IMG/VR virus record: IMGVR_UViG_3300017527_001400
Coordinates: 14,409 to 78,408 of that record
From: a virus
Reading direction: 5' to 3' (one strand)
DNA length: 64,000 nt
Below the pieces are notes generated by a model. It was not told the origin of the DNA and searched no databases. It saw nothing but the letters and a program-made list of their open reading frames with translations. Positions within the stretch are counted from its first letter, which is position 1. Every line of letters begins with the position of its first letter. Of the stretch, positions 1 to 8,106 are shown in pieces. The translations under genes were made by a program, and so were the position numbers.

Positions 1-437
1 CACCTATATCCCAGCGATCTGATATTAATCGGATGAAAGCTGCTGAAGGCCTGGCTATCTTACTTCGGGAAATTTGCACAGAGATCCAGATTATATCTTT
101 CTCTTATCATCCTGTGAATGTTCCTAACAGGAGAGGTTTTGCCCTCGGAGAAGCGATCACGAGGTCTCAGGACAACGGTGGAACCAACTTTGGTGAAGCT
201 GTTTCTCAGGCATATAATATCCCTCATGATCGGTTAATTGCCATCACAGACGAACAATCTCATGATCGTGTGCCTGATCCTAAACATGGCATTCCTTCTT
301 ATGTGATTAACGTTGCTTCATATCAAAATGGCGTTGGTTACGGGCCTTGGACACATATCGATGGTTGGTCTGAAAATGTTGTTCGATATATCCAGTCGCT
401 GGAGGGACTCGATGCACATAGTAAAAATGACATGTAG
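1..437 (+). CDS. TROVE/Ro60 (Rsr)-like RNA-binding protein, C-terminal vWA part (5'-truncated by window)
   Basis: Frame open from window start (PISQRSDINRMKAAEGLAIL); motifs GGTNFG, DRLIAITDEQSHD, YVINVASYQNGVGYGPWTHIDGWSE match the C-terminus of bacterial/phage TROVE proteins. Confidence 0.8.
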   Translation, partial: PISQRSDINRMKAAEGLAILLREICTEIQIISFSYHPVNVPNRRGFALGEAITRSQDNGGTNFGEAVSQAYNIPHDRLIAITDEQSHDRVPDPKHGIPSYVINVASYQNGVGYGPWTHIDGWSENVVRYIQSLEGLDAHSKNDM

Positions 438-609
438 CAGGAAGACCCTTATTGCTGAGATAGATCATGCTATGATTAAGATTTTTCAACTTAGAAAGCA
501 TGATCCAAACTATAAAAGATACACCAATGCACATAGACAGCTCAAAGCCTTCAACCGGAGGCTGCGAGCTGTGGATAACAACACTGTTGTTTTATTGTTT
601 CGTGAATAA
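427..609 (+). CDS. hypothetical protein
   Basis: ATG overlapping the end of the TROVE ORF, co-directional. Confidence 0.45.
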   Translation: MTCSRKTLIAEIDHAMIKIFQLRKHDPNYKRYTNAHRQLKAFNRRLRAVDNNTVVLLFRE

Positions 610-629
610 CTTTTTTTTGGAGGAAGATT

Positions 630-1022
630 ATGGACACGGATAGGCTTAAGGAGTTCGCGGAACTCGAAGGTGAAAAGGCAGAAATCAAAAACCGTCTGAA
701 CGAGATCACCAGGCGCCTAGAGGTAATAGGGCCGGAACTACTCGATGACATGATTGATGATGGTATTCAAAATATCAACATCAGCGGCCGGGCAGTACAT
801 ATTCGCAAAGACATCTGGGCTAAAGTCGAAAGCACGAAAGAGCAAGTAGTTAAGGCTCTAAAAGAGTCGGGTCTAGAGGAATATGTTACTGTTGGATTTA
901 ATCACCACAGCATTTCGTCTTACATTCGCCATCAGGTTGAAGCTGAAGAACCATTGCCTGATCCTCTTAAAGGCCATCTATCAGCCAATACGGTTCTGTC
1001 TGTTCGCTCAACCAAAGCATAG
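630..1022 (+). CDS. conserved phage hypothetical protein (N-terminal coiled coil)
   Basis: GGAGG RBS, 130 aa. Confidence 0.7.
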   Translation: MDTDRLKEFAELEGEKAEIKNRLNEITRRLEVIGPELLDDMIDDGIQNINISGRAVHIRKDIWAKVESTKEQVVKALKESGLEEYVTVGFNHHSISSYIRHQVEAEEPLPDPLKGHLSANTVLSVRSTKA

Positions 1023-1169
1023 GCAGGGTGTTGCCATCGACGTCAAATTACCGGACGGTTCTGGAGGTGACAACGGGGTCCCTGCCTATGCTATTTGCTT
1101 AAAATCGACTGGGTCAGCCTTTGTCGAGAATCATTTATATAAATATCAAGAAAAAGGATTTACGCTGTT

Positions 1170-1445
1170 ATGACATCAAAACAAGTTGATAGATTAATTG
1201 AAGAAATCGGCAATGTTGCATATAACTTAAAATATTTAGGAAATGGAAATGCTTCAACTCAATTTGGAGCAATTGAAGGCCATTCAATGCAAGTAAAGGA
1301 AGGGCTTGAAACCTTAGCCTCTGCAGTTTCAAGTGCTGGAGGAGAAATAAACATAAGTGATTTACCAACTGCAATCGAGGGTGCTGGTAGAGATATTAAA
1401 GATGGGCTGCTATCCATAGCGGCTGCGATAAATGATGCGGGGTAA
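1170..1445 (+). CDS. hypothetical protein
   Basis: AAGGA RBS, 91 aa; stop codon lies inside the tRNA-Met 5' end. Confidence 0.6.
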   Translation: MTSKQVDRLIEEIGNVAYNLKYLGNGNASTQFGAIEGHSMQVKEGLETLASAVSSAGGEINISDLPTAIEGAGRDIKDGLLSIAAAINDAG

Positions 1446-1514
1446 GGTAGTCTGGTCTAACCTAGGTGTCTCATAAGCACCTCTTCGCGGGTTCAAATCC
1501 CGCCCCCGCTTCCA
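1436..1514 (+). tRNA. tRNA-Met(CAT), possibly initiator-like
   Basis: GCGGGG/CCCCGC acceptor with 1:72 mismatch, anticodon arm GGTGT-CTCATAA-GCACC, T arm GCGGG-TTCAAAT-CCCGC, encoded CCA. Confidence 0.88.
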
Positions 1515-1548
1515 AAATATTAAAAGGAGGCTATATGATGATTCTTGT

Positions 1549-1820
1549 ATTCGAATAGTATTCCATATCATGCCTTCAGAAGCGATCAGATCCGATTTCA
1601 TTAATAATAGCATGGGATAGCATGCCTTGCCGCATTATCCAGTTTGCTTCGACCCTATCTTATATAATTCAAATTCTATTTGGATTCGGTTCGATAAAAC
1701 TCTACGCAATGCACTATCATCAAATGCAAAATCTCATAGGATCCAATAAAATCCTACGTTTATTATTTCAATACTGTACAAACAAGGATTGGCCTTAACA
1801 GTACAATAGTATTGAATGCT
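1549..1820 (+). repeat. upstream 5-nt-periodic (AT-NNN)n array, ~4-5 blocks
   Basis: AT at 1555,1560,1565,1570,1585,1590,1595,1600; then 1607,1612,1617,1622,1637,1657,1662,1667; then 1684,1694,1709,1719,1724; then 1731,1736,1741,1746,1751; no credible ORF. Confidence 0.8.
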
Positions 1821-1836
1821 TATAAGGAGAGAGAAA

Positions 1837-2589
1837 ATGAAAAAGAAAGCACCAGGACCGTACACATTCAGAATTGTTGGACAGGCAGATTCCGCGTGGC
1901 GCGGGGCAGTACCGGACGATTGTGCAGATCTCAAAGTTGCACCCGAGAAAAATGTAAAGGAGCTCCTTTACATGATCGTCAAGGCAGAAGTTGAAAGACT
2001 CACACAAAAGGGTGATACAAAGGGGGCAGCTGAGGCTGTCAAAAAGTATCAAGATCATTCAAAACATCAATATGCGAATCCATTGAATGTTTTCAAAAAA
2101 GACAAGCAAAACGGTGATATCCCATGTATCGGTGCTCATTGTCTTTATGGTGGGTTTCGTGATGCTGCCGTTGAGCTTTTCCCGCAGTATTTCTATAAAA
2201 CTGCTGCAGACCGTGGCAAAAAGCCATCGAACAAGCATCTTAGAAAATATGTTCATGTCCGTCCTTATCATGTTTTCTTGCATCGGCCTTCAATGAATGG
2301 TAATGGTAAGATTATAAAAGAAGTGGATGGTGTTCATGATCAACATCCTACGCCAAAAGTCGGGGCCTTTTGTCGTTATGAATTTATTGATTCTCCATTT
2401 CAATTTGAATATCTTCTAAATGTTTCCATCGAAGGCCCCTTCAAAAAGTTCCTGGAAAATCAACACGAAGTTAAAATGGCAATCGTTCAATCAGCAAATG
2501 CCGGTCAAGGCGGCGGAAGGGCAGCAGGTTATGGAATGTGGAGGATACTCAAGTGCAAGGTTGAAGATGGCCTGTCGTATACGCCGTAA
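1837..2589 (+). CDS. solitary Cas7/Csm3-like RAMP protein
   Basis: AAGGAG RBS; PCIGAHCLYGGFRDAA resembles the RAMP P-x-I-P-G-S-S-L-K-G-x-x-R motif; C-terminal glycine loop GQGGGRAAGYGMWRI; no other cas genes in window. Confidence 0.75.
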   Translation: MKKKAPGPYTFRIVGQADSAWRGAVPDDCADLKVAPEKNVKELLYMIVKAEVERLTQKGDTKGAAEAVKKYQDHSKHQYANPLNVFKKDKQNGDIPCIGAHCLYGGFRDAAVELFPQYFYKTAADRGKKPSNKHLRKYVHVRPYHVFLHRPSMNGNGKIIKEVDGVHDQHPTPKVGAFCRYEFIDSPFQFEYLLNVSIEGPFKKFLENQHEVKMAIVQSANAGQGGGRAAGYGMWRILKCKVEDGLSYTP

Positions 2590-2626
2590 AATCCCTAAAA
2601 TCGCAACAAATACGGAAGGAGTAATC

Positions 2627-2821
2627 ATGTCAAAGATCACTGACACGCTAACAGATGCTGCAGATAAGGTTCTCAATGGTGAAATTCCATTGAAAACCGG
2701 TGAAGTCGTTCATAAACTGGGCAATTCGCTTGGAGTCGCAAAAAACTCCGAGTGTCGTGCACAGGAAATTGGACTGGAAGACGACACAAAAGCCGCACTG
2801 GATGCCATCAAAACAGAGTAA
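2627..2821 (+). CDS. small protein between RAMP gene and array (candidate accessory subunit)
   Basis: AAGGAG RBS, 64 aa (MSKITDTLTDAADKVL...). Confidence 0.7.
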   Translation: MSKITDTLTDAADKVLNGEIPLKTGEVVHKLGNSLGVAKNSECRAQEIGLEDDTKAALDAIKTE

Positions 2822-2831
2822 ACGGAAACCT

Positions 2832-2859
2832 TGGGTAAGCGGCAATTGCCGTTTACCCA
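2832..2859 (+). promoter_or_regulatory. GC-rich hairpin at the 5' boundary of the periodic array
   Basis: TGGGTAAGCGGCAATTGCCGTTTACCCA near-perfect palindrome, no U-tract. Confidence 0.55.
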
Positions 2860-2865
2860 TGTCTT

Positions 2866-4135
2866 CCTATCCTGTGTTGTTCGATAGTATGCATTTAGAT
2901 ACCATAGACTCGTATTTTATTCATAAGAAATGTCATACGGTTCCGTTCGATCCCTTATCTCAGGATCCGATAATATGCTATGCATTATAGAATTTGCCTT
3001 GCTTAGGTAGCATATGTTTCTATTTGATCAATGATTGATTCAATACCATCGAATTGAGTCCTCTGTGATACAATGTAATAGAATAAATGTATTTAATATC
3101 ATTGCATGGAGTTCGATAAGCTTCCATCAAATCATATGCATTATTTTATTAACTGGAATTGAAAAAGATCCCTTCGCATGGAATGTATAGTCCGCTATAG
3201 TACCGTTCCATAATACACGATGCTATGCTTTTGAATAAATAATTTGATCTAGTAATATTTGATTCCGTGAGATGCTATCTTATATTATGAATTAATCTCA
3301 TCTCATCAGATATTATGCGTTTCGATTCGATTTGATCCGATCTATAATCTCATGCCATATTATATTAATCGATAACTCAAGGTCCGATCCCATTCGATTC
3401 GATGAAATAAAATATTATGCAAAATTAAAATACAATAATTTAGAGTGGGACCGTATTTGAACCTATTCTATTTTATATTATCGCTTTAATACTCAATACC
3501 ATCAGACCGTATTATATGCCTTCGCATCTGATCGTATGACATAATCAATTGCATCGCATGCGATCGCGCATAATTGAACCAAATATTATGGAATCAATAA
3601 TTCAATAACATATCATCAGGCTATATGCCATTGAATATGTTCCGATTTTATCCACCAATAGTATGCCATCGGATAGATTGTTTTGTAATGTCATAATCTG
3701 CCATTCGCAATGTCTTATTTTACAATCGAACATTATGGCTTGGCTTAGTCTTCCATAAAATATATTATTTAATTGGAATTTGATTTTATGCCTTCAAGAA
3801 GTATCCGATCCAATTCATAATTGCATCAGATTTTATACAAATAAATATTGTCTCGTTTAATTCATAAATGTCATCCGTTAATATGGCTTGGAATTTGTTG
3901 CTATAGCTACTTTACGATTCGATAAACAATTCCATATCATCCAAATACATTGAATTATATGCAATTAATAATCAATTAAAATTGTTCCCAGTATTGTTCA
4001 ATTGGATGCGATCAGTTGAAATAAATCATTCCATTTTATATGACTCATTGATATCGCTTTCTATGACATGGAATATTTCTCTTCATAAAATAAAATTAAT
4101 TGGCACATCACGCTTTCTTATGGGATATAATGTTT
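2866..4135 (+). ncRNA. 1.27-kb (AT-NNN)n periodic array, ~23 blocks of ~9-15 pentamers; candidate guide-RNA array
   Basis: No credible ORF; e.g. 3295: ATctc ATctc ATcag ATatt ATgcg TTtcg ATtcg ATttg ATccg ATcta TA ATctc ATgcc ATatt...; phase resets about every 52 nt. Periodicity is seen directly; RNA function is inferred. Confidence 0.75.
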
Positions 4136-4181
4136 TACATTAAACTTTACACACACAATAAAATAAAGGAGGAACAAACTC

Positions 4182-4526
4182 GTGGAACTCATTAGATTTC
4201 ACAACGCAATAATCGGCAATAGAAAAAACAACCCAGTTATCACCGAATGTATCATCAAGGACGGCAACAAAATTGCTTCCGGAATTGCTCTCTGCAGCAA
4301 AATGGATAAGTTCAACGAAGTCACCGGTATCAATTTGGCCAGGCGCAGAGCTCTTCGGAAAATCAAAGGTCGCAAGGTCCGTCCAATGGCAAGACATAAG
4401 GCCATCTCTATTTTCATGGAAACCGGATATCCCATACCTGCTGATGGAGCGAAGGCCCTGAACCTGAACCGACAGTGCCTCAGCAAAGTATGTAAGATCG
4501 AAAAAGAAGCTCTCTTTAAGGTCTAA
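4182..4526 (+). CDS. hypothetical protein
   Basis: AGGAGG RBS, GTG start, 114 aa. Confidence 0.7.
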   Translation: MELIRFHNAIIGNRKNNPVITECIIKDGNKIASGIALCSKMDKFNEVTGINLARRRALRKIKGRKVRPMARHKAISIFMETGYPIPADGAKALNLNRQCLSKVCKIEKEALFKV

Positions 4527-4533
4527 AATAAAA

Positions 4534-4807
4534 GCGGGCGTAGCTCAAAGAGGTAATGTCAAAAGGGTGCTTAGCAGAAAGACGTCGACGCTTGACAGAA
4601 GATTAGGACAAGCCAATTTTGGACATTGAGTAGTGGACCAACCAAGACACTGCTGGGTAATACCATCGAGTGCGAGATGGAAATAGTATGCATAGAGGTC
4701 GAGCTTCGTCAGTCTGGATTAACCAGTGATCCGTTCCACAAGTAACTTGGTGCGCTGACAGTTCCATAATAATAGCTGCCTCTCCTATGTCCAATAACGT
4801 CCGACCA
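4534..4807 (+). ncRNA. structured RNA with tRNA-Gly-like ends
   Basis: Starts GCGGGCGTAGCTCAAAGAGG (same as 5314), ends CGTCCGACCA; internal stems TGTCAA/TTGACA, TTGGACAT/ATGTCCAA, CCATC/GATGG, GTCAG/CTGAC. Confidence 0.5.
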
Positions 4808-4835
4808 CAAAGGTTATCATACTGTGTTAAGCTTT

Positions 4836-4911
4836 GTGGCCGGAGGCATACGGGTACGCCGATAGACTGTGGCTCTATTGCAAGTGGGTTCGAGCCCCAC
4901 CGGTCACCCCA
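4836..4911 (+). tRNA. tRNA-His(GTG)
   Basis: GTGGCCG/CGGTCAC acceptor, C73, CCA; anticodon arm ATAGA-CTGTGGC-TCTAT; T loop GGTTCGAGCCC. Confidence 0.85.
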
Positions 4912-4915
4912 CAAA

Positions 4916-4994
4916 AGCCCCTTGGTGAAGTGGCTTAACACGACGGGCCTTGGACCCGTAATTTTCCCAGGTTCGAATCCTGGAGGGGCTTCCA
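4916..4994 (+). tRNA. tRNA-Gln(TTG), atypical (C33, U73)
   Basis: AGCCCCT/AGGGGCT acceptor, ACGGG-CCTTGGA-CCCGT anticodon arm, CCAGG-TTCGAAT-CCTGG T arm, CCA. Confidence 0.78.
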
Positions 4995-5012
4995 TCCAAA
5001 AAAGGAGTAGGT

Positions 5013-5312
5013 ATGTCAGCTGATTGGTGTGAAACTTGTGGAAACTTTATGCTCTTCCCAAATTCTCATAAATGTCCTCCAATATTCATGGTTAATGAAC
5101 CTGAATATGATGAAGAATGGTATAAGATAAGAGCGCGTAGCTTTGAGTCAGCTGCTGAAAAATGGGCTGACAAAACAGATGCCGAAGGTGATTATTCAAT
5201 TATCAGTGGCAACGAAACAGAAGTTATTGTTCGCAATGAAGCCGGCGAAATAAAAAAGTTTAAAGTTTTTGGAGAATCTGTACCCGAATATACTGCAACA
5301 GAGATCGAATAA
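5013..5312 (+). CDS. hypothetical protein (N-terminal CxxC/HxC)
   Basis: AAGGAG RBS, 99 aa. Confidence 0.7.
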   Translation: MSADWCETCGNFMLFPNSHKCPPIFMVNEPEYDEEWYKIRARSFESAAEKWADKTDAEGDYSIISGNETEVIVRNEAGEIKKFKVFGESVPEYTATEIE

Positions 5313-5313
5313 A

Positions 5314-5409
5314 GCGGGCGTAGCTCAAAGAGGGGTAAGCGCACCCTTACGATAGAGCGCCGTGCCACCAGCACGGAGGTCGGAGGTTTGACTCCTCCCG
5401 TCCGCTCCA
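5314..5409 (+). tRNA. tRNA-Gly-like RNA with expanded D-loop, anticodon-position ACC
   Basis: GCGGGCG/CGTCCGC acceptor, U73, CCA; GCTC..GAGC D stem enclosing ~27 nt; CCGTG-CCACCAG-CACGG arm; T arm GGAGG-TTTGACT-CCTCC. Confidence 0.65.
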
Positions 5410-5418
5410 AGGAAAACC

Positions 5419-5658
5419 ATGCATAAAACAACAAATACAACTACAAAATATATATTCTCTGAGAATGATGTCATTAATATGATTGATGCTTTCTTGTTGA
5501 AACATGAAGAAGGTGGTGAAATTAACTTCATGAATGCGGTTGTTCGGGCAAGAAGTGCCAATTCATCCAATGCATCTGTGCCTGTAGGCCAGTTGGAACT
5601 AACAATCTACGGGTCCCCATGTTCCAAGGCTGGCGAGTCGGGCTCCAAACCCGACTGA
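5419..5658 (+). CDS. hypothetical protein (3' end overlaps tRNA-Trp)
   Basis: AAGGA RBS, 79 aa. Confidence 0.45.
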   Translation: MHKTTNTTTKYIFSENDVINMIDAFLLKHEEGGEINFMNAVVRARSANSSNASVPVGQLELTIYGSPCSKAGESGSKPD

Positions 5659-5687
5659 GCGAGGTTCAATTCCTCGGGGATTCGCCA
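5611..5687 (+). tRNA. tRNA-Trp(CCA)
   Basis: GGGTCCC/GGGATTC acceptor, G73, CCA; TCGGG-CTCCAAA-CCCGA anticodon arm; CGAGG-TTCAATT-CCTCG T arm. Confidence 0.82.
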
Positions 5688-5814
5688 TAAGGAGATCTCA
5701 TGAAACACAAAGAATGTGGAGGAAAATTCGTAAAGGTCCCGATGAAAGACAATCACAACCATTATAGGTGCAATCGTTGCGGCTATAAAATGGTAAAATA
5801 TAGGAAGGCTTAAC

Positions 5815-6021
5815 ATGCTTCGTAAATACCAAGAGATTCCATCGATGGATTCATATTTAGATGAAGTCTGTGAAAGATGTGGATTCAGATATGGGTCTCA
5901 CCATGGAGGAACATCGCCATGGCCTAGAGACTATTGTCCCGGTCATGAAGACAAAATGGATTGGGATAAAGGCCCTGGGACTGTTTTCAGAGGTACTGGA
6001 AAATATAATAAAAAGTCTTAA
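5815..6021 (+). CDS. hypothetical Cys/His protein
   Basis: 68 aa with CERC..HH..C. Confidence 0.55.
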   Translation: MLRKYQEIPSMDSYLDEVCERCGFRYGSHHGGTSPWPRDYCPGHEDKMDWDKGPGTVFRGTGKYNKKS

Positions 6022-6097
6022 CCACGTTCGAATCGTGGGCCGAGGGAAGCGAGCCTGAAACAAAGGGCTCTCCCAGAGCAAGCACTCTGGCCCTTGG

Positions 6098-6198
6098 CAT
6101 GGACCGAGGGGTCATCCGACAAGCTGAGAGTAAGTGTGATTATTCGGACGCCTGAACACACTGAAACGGGCTTGGCAAAGGGTGGCGTGTGTAGGCTT
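6098..6198 (+). repeat. 101-nt structured motif, copy 1
   Basis: Near-identical to 6517-6617. Confidence 0.85.
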
Positions 6199-6286
6199 AC
6201 CATTGGTAAGGGGCGCAGGTGAAACAATCTGAGCGTGTGGCAGGTGGCCTTAAACGGGGTGGAGCCTTACCATCAAAATTAAACAT

Positions 6287-6470
6287 GGGCGAAGTGGCGG
6301 AATTGGTATCGAGGGCGAAGTTGGGGTGTAGGGAAGTTCCAAATACGTGTAGATACCATTGATAAGTTTAGATAGACGCAAGGGTATCGGATATATGAGC
6401 CGATGAGAGTCAAATCACCTTGAGTACTTTAAAATGACATCGTGCAGGTTCAAATCCTGCCTCGCCCACA
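6287..6470 (+). ncRNA. tRNA-Leu-like RNA with large insertions
   Basis: 5' GGGCGAAGTGGCGGAATTGGTA, internal TAGACGC, 3' GCAGG-TTCAAAT-CCTGC-CTCGCCCA; ~184 nt. Confidence 0.65.
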
Positions 6471-6516
6471 CAATAAATGAATTTTCGATTAGTTATTTTT
6501 AGGGGGCAACACAAAA

Positions 6517-6617
6517 CATGGACCGAGGGGTCATCCGACAAGCTGAGAGTAAGTGTGATTATCCGGACGCCTGGACACACTGATACGGGATTGGCAAAGG
6601 GTGGCGTGTGTAAGCTT
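6517..6617 (+). repeat. 101-nt structured motif, copy 2
   Basis: Near-identical to 6098-6198 with a compensatory base-pair change. Confidence 0.85.
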
Positions 6618-6916
6618 GTCACTATAACTAGAGGTGCTATCGATGCAAACGATTAAAATGTCAACCAACGGTGTTGCTCGACTGATATCAATCAAGTCCA
6701 GTCTCGAGAACAAAGATTTCACCGATACATGTCCACGATGGACAGTTTATACCGAACCAAATCCAAAGATCAGCAACTGGTGTGAGGTTTGTGCTAAATT
6801 ATTTGACCGGGTCAAAGGATTCAGTGATTGTCCCTGCAATTTATATAAAAGAGAAACATTAATCAAACGATTGGATAAAATTATTCAATACAATCTAAAA
6901 GTCAAAGGAGGATATC

Positions 6917-7693
6917 ATGGCAGGAAAGCTACACGAGCTCTTGGCGGTAGAAGGGGACCTCGAAGGAATCTGGAGGAAGGTTCTCGCTGAAGCACTCAAC
7001 ACATTCACCAAGAAGAAGAACCATTTCATCGGCTTTGTTCGTCCGCTCGTTATGTTTGCTGATGAACGGCAGAAAGAAAATACCACGGAGCAAGTTGCTC
7101 GGACTACTACTGTCCGTGAAAAACTTGCTTATGTCTGGGTCTCTACCATTCGCTACTTCAATGCGATCGCTCAAAAAGAAAGCACAAATCAAACAGCCTG
7201 TGCTGATCTCGTGGTTGGTGGAAAGGTTCTGCTCCCACAGATGCCGGCTACTTTATTGCTTGGTTTGGAAAGCCGCTTGCGTCAAGTCCGCGAAGTATAT
7301 GCAGGAATTCCTACGCTTCCACCGGGTATCGAATGGAAATTAGATCCTTCGGTGGCAGATGATGTCTATAAATCTGAGGTTCCAGAGGAAGCTTTCAAAA
7401 CTGAAAAGGTTTTCAGGGCTCAGGTTTTATACGAAGCTAAGTTCCCCAAGGATGGGGAAGGTGGGTCTTCGTTGCCGGCTCAGGTCGAGAAAATCGCTGA
7501 GACGGTAAACATCGGTTTGTATAAAAAGACGTATTGGGCTGGCATGCTGTCGACAGCAGAGAAGTCTGAGTTGCTTGAAAAAGTTGACGAATTACTTCGC
7601 TCTGTCAAACAGGCCCGGCAGCGTGCCAACTCAACAAAGATCGTGAAGCTTGACATTGGCCAAGTTTTATACGATTATATCCATAAGCCCTAA
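6917..7693 (+). CDS. conserved phage protein (possibly DUF7873-like)
   Basis: AGGAGG RBS; MAGKLHELLAVE...LLLGLE...KQARQRAN pattern recalled from phage proteins; family name unverified. Confidence 0.7.
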   Translation: MAGKLHELLAVEGDLEGIWRKVLAEALNTFTKKKNHFIGFVRPLVMFADERQKENTTEQVARTTTVREKLAYVWVSTIRYFNAIAQKESTNQTACADLVVGGKVLLPQMPATLLLGLESRLRQVREVYAGIPTLPPGIEWKLDPSVADDVYKSEVPEEAFKTEKVFRAQVLYEAKFPKDGEGGSSLPAQVEKIAETVNIGLYKKTYWAGMLSTAEKSELLEKVDELLRSVKQARQRANSTKIVKLDIGQVLYDYIHKP

Positions 7694-7812
7694 CCTTCGA
7701 AGAAACCCTTACGAGGCAAGGCTGTAACCACTGCTTAACGAAAGGAGTACATGATGTTCTATTGCATAGGAGGTGGCCCATTCTGGTAACTATCTAAAGG
7801 AGGTGATCCAGA

Positions 7813-7992
7813 ATGCCCAAGTCACGAAAGAAAAGCAGTGGAGACAAGAAACATGGACGTCTTATGAAAAGTCCATCCCATCAACGTTACAACGCTGAAC
7901 GCCGATGGGAAAAGAATAAAGCAAAGCGTGCAAAAAAACAAAATAAAATTGAGGCAAAACACCGTCTCAAAAAAGCTAAGGACTCAGTTTAA
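7813..7992 (+). CDS. small highly basic protein (59 aa)
   Basis: AGGAGGTG RBS; MPKSRKKSSGDKKHGRLMKSPSHQRYNAERRWEKNKAKRAKK...; below ORF-track cutoff. Confidence 0.6.
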   Translation: MPKSRKKSSGDKKHGRLMKSPSHQRYNAERRWEKNKAKRAKKQNKIEAKHRLKKAKDSV

Positions 7993-8106
7993 TTGCTTAG
8001 TGTTAGTGTTAGAAGCCTCAAGCGGCCTCATGGCTTAATCTGTGCTTGTCGCATAGTAACAGTTTATTGAGTCCTCAGTTTTGTCCGGTCTCTCCTTAAA
8101 GCGATT

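Noticed and set aside
2700-2990. ORFs overlapping the periodic arrays (2700-2990 +, 1410-1613 -) as real genes
   Set aside because: No RBS, they overlap better-supported features, and period-5 structure is incompatible with codon periodicity
2866-4135. Canonical CRISPR array next to the Cas7-like gene
   Set aside because: No 23-50-nt identical repeats and no cas1/cas2/cas6; the only constancy is the period-5 AT and short junctions
4534-4807. tmRNA
   Set aside because: No T arm before the 3' end, no Ala-type acceptor, no evident tag ORF
4603-5023. ORFs 4603-4995 (-) and 4787-5023 (+)
   Set aside because: Shadow frames over tRNA-His, tRNA-Gln and structured RNA
6098-6198. TPP riboswitch or canonical hammerhead ribozyme
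   Set aside because: GCTGAGA and GAAAC are present but other core elements and spacing do not fit, and copy 2 has GATAC
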